DNA from: Planctomycetota bacterium
GTDB taxonomy: Bacteria; Planctomycetota; UBA1135
DNA: 24,131 bases
Reading direction: 5' to 3'
Assembly: GCA_045047305.1 (NCBI GenBank)
Contig: JASFYO010000028.1
Span: forward strand, 1 to 24,131
This document shows positions 21,124 through 24,131 of this stretch, piece after piece. The first letter of the stretch is position 1, and each line of letters opens with the position of its first letter. The position numbers and the translations under genes were made by a program. The notes beneath the pieces were generated by a model that saw only the letters and a list, made by a program, of their open reading frames with translations, made no database searches and was not told the origin of the DNA.

Positions 21124-22482
21124 TCACGCGATTTCGTGGTCCGCCTTACTCTTGTCTACGGGAACAGAGCTACAAAAAGTGAGGAAGATTCGAGCTCTAT
21201 CGCGAAAATTCCTGAACTCATCGTAGGAAGAAAAGGTTGGAGAAAAAAGTATTGTTTCGCCAGGAATCCAACTTTTGAGTGCTGCCACCATTGCGGCGCG
21301 ACAATTGTCAAAGACGAGAGGCTCCAAACCTAAAGAACGACACTCTCTGGCAAGGCGTTTGCCACCTTCTCCATGTAGGTAAAGACGTGCGCAACGGGCC
21401 GAAGTTCGGGATAATTGCTGAAGATTTAGCCCTTTGTCTTTGCCGCCAGCGAGAAGGACGACGTTTCCCTCTAAATGTTCCAGTGCCGCAGTGGTCGGTT
21501 CCGGATGGGTTGCGACTCCATTATCAATGATGCTGCGACCATGGGTATCGATGAATGTGTGCATGCGATGCGGCAGCCCAGAATAATTGTGAATCTGTTG
21601 GCGTAGGTTCGCGTCATCCAATCCGAGAAGGCGCGCGGCATGGAGGGCGGCAAGTACAGACGGCAAGCGATACGGTTCCGTGAAGGGGAGGTCCGCTGTT
21701 GTGAGTCCAAAGTCAGCGAGGCATTGAATGTCCAATCGTTCCACCTTGCCGTGCGCATTCTCACTCCAGCGTTGCGCTTCCTCACCATCTGGTGGAAGCA
21801 ACACGGTGCAAGTTTCATCCTGCGCAATCAACAACCGACGCTTGGCTTTGGCGTAGGCTTCTACCGTGTGATGGCGCTCTAAATGGTCGGAGCCAAAGCT
21901 GGTCAGAATGGAAACCTTGGGCCATCCTTCCGGTGCAACTAAGCGTTCGGTTTGGAAACTAGATAGTTCCACCACCAAGCGATCGCCCTTGCCGAGTGGC
22001 AACACTTGCTCTAGGAGGCATCCGCCTAAATTTCCGGCCAGCAATGTGGTGCCAGGAAGGGCTTCTAGGAGATGTGCACAGAGAGAGGCGCAGGTTGATT
22101 TCCCATGCGTCCCAGTGATGGCGATGGCGGGTAAATCGGCAACCAAAGTTAAGGCAAGATTCACTTCCGTGGTGAGTGCGCAGCCAAGCTCCCGCGCCAC
22201 TTGCAACCACTTCGATTCATTTGGGACCGCAGGATTGACCACCACGACGTCGGCCGCTTCGAACATCTCTCGGTGATGTCCATCCAGCTGGTATTGGATC
22301 GGTAGCCCATCCAGCAATTCGAGGGCTTCCTGTAGGGCTTCGGCTGGGCGTAAATCCGTGACCGTGACTTCGGCTCCAAGTTGCACCAGGGCTCGCGCGC
22401 ACCCAGCACCGCCACCAAAGGCACCTAAACCCATCACCAGGACCTTACGGCCACTTAATTCGGTGGGTAGGACGACTTCCAA
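21124..22482 (-). CDS. murD: UDP-N-acetylmuramoyl-L-alanine:D-glutamate ligase; start approximate
   Basis: VMGLGAFGGG, VVVNPAVP, ITGTHGKST, VELSSFQ, DHLERH, GLPHR, LAGGKDKG, FSPTFSSYDEFRNFRDR. Confidence 0.92.
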   Translation of the reverse strand: MEVVLPTELSGRKVLVMGLGAFGGGAGCARALVQLGAEVTVTDLRPAEALQEALELLDGLPIQYQLDGHHREMFEAADVVVVNPAVPNESKWLQVARELGCALTTEVNLALTLVADLPAIAITGTHGKSTCASLCAHLLEALPGTTLLAGNLGGCLLEQVLPLGKGDRLVVELSSFQTERLVAPEGWPKVSILTSFGSDHLERHHTVEAYAKAKRRLLIAQDETCTVLLPPDGEEAQRWSENAHGKVERLDIQCLADFGLTTADLPFTEPYRLPSVLAALHAARLLGLDDANLRQQIHNYSGLPHRMHTFIDTHGRSIIDNGVATHPEPTTAALEHLEGNVVLLAGGKDKGLNLQQLSRTSARCARLYLHGEGGKRLARECRSLGLEPLVFDNCRAAMVAALKSWIPGETILFSPTFSSYDEFRNFRDRARIFLTFCSSVPVDKSKADHEIA

Positions 22483-22493
22483 GTGGGTAAAAA

Positions 22494-22585
22494 TGGCGGA
22501 GAGAGAGGGATTTGAACCCTCGGAGCTGACAAATCAGCTCAACAGCTTAGCAAGCTGCCGCATTCGGCCACTCTGCCATCTCTCC
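22494..22585 (-). tRNA. tRNA-Ser(GCT)
   Basis: Acceptor GGAGAGA/TCTCTCC-G-CCA, anticodon arm GCAGC-TT-GCT-AA-GCTGT, long variable arm, T-loop GTTCAAATC. 92 nt. Confidence 0.96.
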
Positions 22586-22600
22586 GCTCAATCGGGGCAA

Positions 22601-22629
22601 AGTTTAGCCGTGGGGGGCTTGGTTGCCAA
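22601..22629 (-). promoter_or_regulatory. Sigma70-type promoter of tRNA-Ser(GCT) (and possibly murD)
   Basis: Minus strand TTGGCA-17 nt-TAAACT, ending 15 nt before the tRNA 5' end. Confidence 0.65.
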
Positions 22630-22655
22630 GGGTGTATGTGTTTATTCAGTGTCTT

Positions 22656-22734
22656 CGTGGTTAGCCCCCCGTTTTGTGCTTCGGGCAGGGGCGGAATACA
22701 CCCCAGACTTCGCAAAAACGGGGGGCTAACCACG
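22656..22734. repeat. 79-nt hairpin element with a perfect 20-bp inverted repeat
   Basis: CGTGGTTAGCCCCCCGTTTT (22656-22675) and AAAACGGGGGGCTAACCACG (22715-22734), plus an inner GGGG/CCCC stem. Confidence 0.85.
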
Positions 22735-22735
22735 T

Positions 22736-22881
22736 GGATGACTGGTCAATTGATGTCTTTAGGAAGTCCGTCCGCGGCTCCATCTACACGGTTTCGCGTC
22801 GTGGAAAAGGAATCGTCCACACCTGATATTCAGAGGACTCCCTCCTAGTTCAAATACGCAACCCTCTACCCGTTGTCATCC
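22736..22881 (-). ncRNA. Candidate structured non-coding RNA, family unassigned
   Basis: Closing stem GGATGAC/GTCATCC, inner stem GGGAGTCC/GGACTTCC, three small hairpins. Mismatches become G-U pairs on the minus strand. Confidence 0.4.
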
Positions 22882-22904
22882 GAGCCGGAGTAGAAAAGGA
22901 AAAA

Positions 22905-22992
22905 TGGCGGAGAGGGTGGGATTTGAACCCACGGTCCGGTGAAGGACGCTGGTTTTCAAAACCAGTCCATTCGGCCACTCTGGCACCTCTCC
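22905..22992 (-). tRNA. tRNA-Ser(TGA)
   Basis: Acceptor GGAGAGG/CCTCTCC-G-CCA, anticodon arm CTGGT-TT-TGA-AA-ACCAG, long variable arm, GTTCAAATC. 88 nt. Confidence 0.96.
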
Positions 22993-23012
22993 GCGCGGAA
23001 TCAAACGAGGGC

Positions 23013-23426
23013 TTAGCCGCCCGTCGAAGCTTGATTCCAGACTTTTTCGGTAATGTAAATCGGGGCTGACCCGCGTAAGGATAACGCGATGGCATCGGAA
23101 GGGCGACAGTCGATTCCGAAGACCTCGCCGTTACGCTCCACTCGCAGCTCGGCAAAGTAGGTGCCCTGTTCCAGCTCGTGGATGACCGTCTCCTTAATGC
23201 GGCCCGCCAGCTTCTCGATGAGAGAGTGAGTGAGCTGGTGGGTCATCGGCCGCGACGGATATTCGCGCTTCAAGCACTGGGTGATTTCCACCGCAGCATT
23301 GCGTCCAATCACCATCGTGAGGGAGCGCTTGTTGGGGCCAACACCTTCCTCGCTGAGCTGCATGTACTGCTGCTCATGGCCGTCCACCAGAATCAGGCGG
23401 GTAACGCGGGCTTCGGTGCGTTCCAC
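23013..23426 (-). CDS. Bifunctional nuclease domain protein (DUF151)
   Basis: VIGRNAA, RPMTHQL, GTYFAEL, IDCRPSDAIALSLR. The GTG at 23426 avoids overlap with ogt. Confidence 0.92.
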   Translation of the reverse strand: MERTEARVTRLILVDGHEQQYMQLSEEGVGPNKRSLTMVIGRNAAVEITQCLKREYPSRPMTHQLTHSLIEKLAGRIKETVIHELEQGTYFAELRVERNGEVFGIDCRPSDAIALSLRGSAPIYITEKVWNQASTGG

Positions 23427-23449
23427 GCCGAATAGGTTATCCTGGCGGC
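23427..23449. promoter_or_regulatory. Overlapping divergent -10 elements (bidirectional leaderless promoter)
   Basis: Plus strand TATCCT-6 nt-ATG (ogt). Minus strand TAACCT-7 nt-GTG (DUF151). Confidence 0.55.
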
Positions 23450-23974
23450 ATGGCAGACGTCTACGCAATGGTGGTTCCAACCGAAATTGTTGGCAAGGTG
23501 CGCTTCACCTTCATGCCCGACGGTTCTCTAGCGACGATTTCTCTGCGTTCCTGCGCAGTGCTCGGTTCTTCCAATGGCGAGTCAGGGCCACGTCCAAAGC
23601 AAGCGCCAAGTGTGGCTGCAGTAGCAAGGTGGCTACGCGATTACATGGCTGGAAACGCAGGTGATTTTCCTGGCGTTTGGGCGAACCCAGGGAAAACTGA
23701 ATTTGCGCAACGGGTTTACGCCGCTGTTGCCAAGCTGCCCGCTGGTAAAACCATGAGTTATGGCGAGGTCGCAGTTGCCGTGGGATCGCCTGGTGCGAGT
23801 CGTGCTGTTGGTACTGCCATGGGCAGGAATCCAATCCCACTGGTGGTGCCATGACACCGTGTTTTGGCGGCCAGCGGTCAGCTGGGCGGATTTACTGGTG
23901 GCACGGACTTGAAGATGGCCTTGCTCGCCGCAGAAGAAAGCGAGTTTAGTTTTGCAGAAGCTGGCCAGCGTTGA
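23450..23974 (+). CDS. ogt: O6-alkylguanine-DNA alkyltransferase (Ogt/MGMT) with an in-frame TGA (probable selenocysteine, residue 135) at the catalytic position; 174 aa with readthrough
   Basis: TEFAQRVY...GKTMSYGEVA...SRAVGTAMGRNPIPLVVP-[TGA]-HRVLAASGQLGGFTGGTDLKMALLAAEE, next stop at 23972-23974. Confidence 0.88.
23868..23888 (+). promoter_or_regulatory. Putative bacterial SECIS element
   Basis: CG-G-CCAGC [GGTCA] GCTGG-G-CG hairpin. The loop starts 22 nt after the TGA and begins with GGU. Confidence 0.65.
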
Positions 23975-24131
23975 AAAACACCAGCAGCATTGCGGCTTGA
24001 TAGACCAAAGTTCGTTGGCGTCGGATGATCTCGGCTTGGCCGCCAGGTAGGAAGCTCAGGATTAGTGCGATTCCAATTCCGACGCTGACGAGGACCATTC
24101 TCCCTATTGGTTCGGCAAAATTGCCGAACCA
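23946..24131 (-). CDS. C-terminal fragment of a probable membrane protein, truncated by the window edge
   Basis: Open frame ...MVLVSVGIGIALILSFLPGGQAEIIRRQRTLVYQAAMLLVFFNAGQLLQN* with two hydrophobic stretches. Convergent 29-nt overlap with ogt. Confidence 0.55.
   Translation of the reverse strand, partial: WFGNFAEPIGRMVLVSVGIGIALILSFLPGGQAEIIRRQRTLVYQAAMLLVFFNAGQLLQN

Noticed and set aside
22790..22835. Hammerhead ribozyme core (CUGAAUA ... CGAAAC on the minus strand)
   Set aside because: CUGAAUA does not match CUGANGA, and the stems do not give the hammerhead topology.
22905..22992. Possible tRNA-Sec next to the candidate selenoprotein (the plus strand shows TTCAAA at the anticodon loop)
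   Set aside because: The gene is on the minus strand, so the anticodon is TGA (reads UCA, Ser). It has a normal 7-bp acceptor stem and a canonical Ser D-arm, so it is not selC.
22494..22992. Integrated element or att site at the tRNA 3' ends (shared TGGCGGAGAG...GGATTTGAACCC)
   Set aside because: Both copies belong to complete tRNA-Ser genes. There is no integrase and no orphan 3' duplicate.
22636..23155. ORFs 22636..22848 (+), 22539..22733 (-) and 22850..23155 (-)
   Set aside because: They overlap tRNA genes or hairpins and have no recognisable motifs or start signals.
23852..23854. Genome-wide TGA reassignment (Trp or Gly), or an ATL-type PWHRV protein
   Set aside because: TGA terminates many conserved genes in this window at ATGA/TGATG overlaps, and no other gene shows an internal TGA. 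The protein also has the two-domain Ogt layout.
23450..23854. ogt as a simple pseudogene
   Set aside because: Not excluded but disfavoured. The only lesion is at the catalytic codon, the downstream motifs are intact and a SECIS-like hairpin follows.

Overview
Bacterial housekeeping-type window with no mobile element or CRISPR. The gene set suggests a Planctomycetota/PVC-like host (inference only). Left to right it holds: the 3' part of a sensor histidine kinase; a complete ISC Fe-S operon on the minus strand (iscR-iscS-iscU-iscA-hscB-hscA-fdx-iscX); a hotdog thioesterase; a tandem-domain membrane protein plus a small membrane protein; dprA coupled to a sulfatase-like lipoprotein; a MATE transporter; a tiny PEP-CTERM-like protein; a TolC/MFP/ABC (MacAB-TolC-type) exporter; mcsA-clpC with no mcsB; murD; tRNA-Ser(GCT) and tRNA-Ser(TGA) flanking a highly structured spacer; a DUF151 nuclease; and an O6-alkylguanine-DNA alkyltransferase (Ogt). 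The standout is Ogt. Its catalytic PCHRV cysteine codon is an in-frame TGA (23852-23854), the frame continues with the normal Ogt C-terminus to 23974, and a bacterial SECIS-like hairpin follows the TGA. It is therefore probably a selenocysteine DNA-repair protein that gene callers truncate. Secondary signals are a candidate structured ncRNA and a 20-bp inverted repeat between the tRNAs, and repeated leaderless-type promoters, including a 23-bp bidirectional one between ogt and DUF151.
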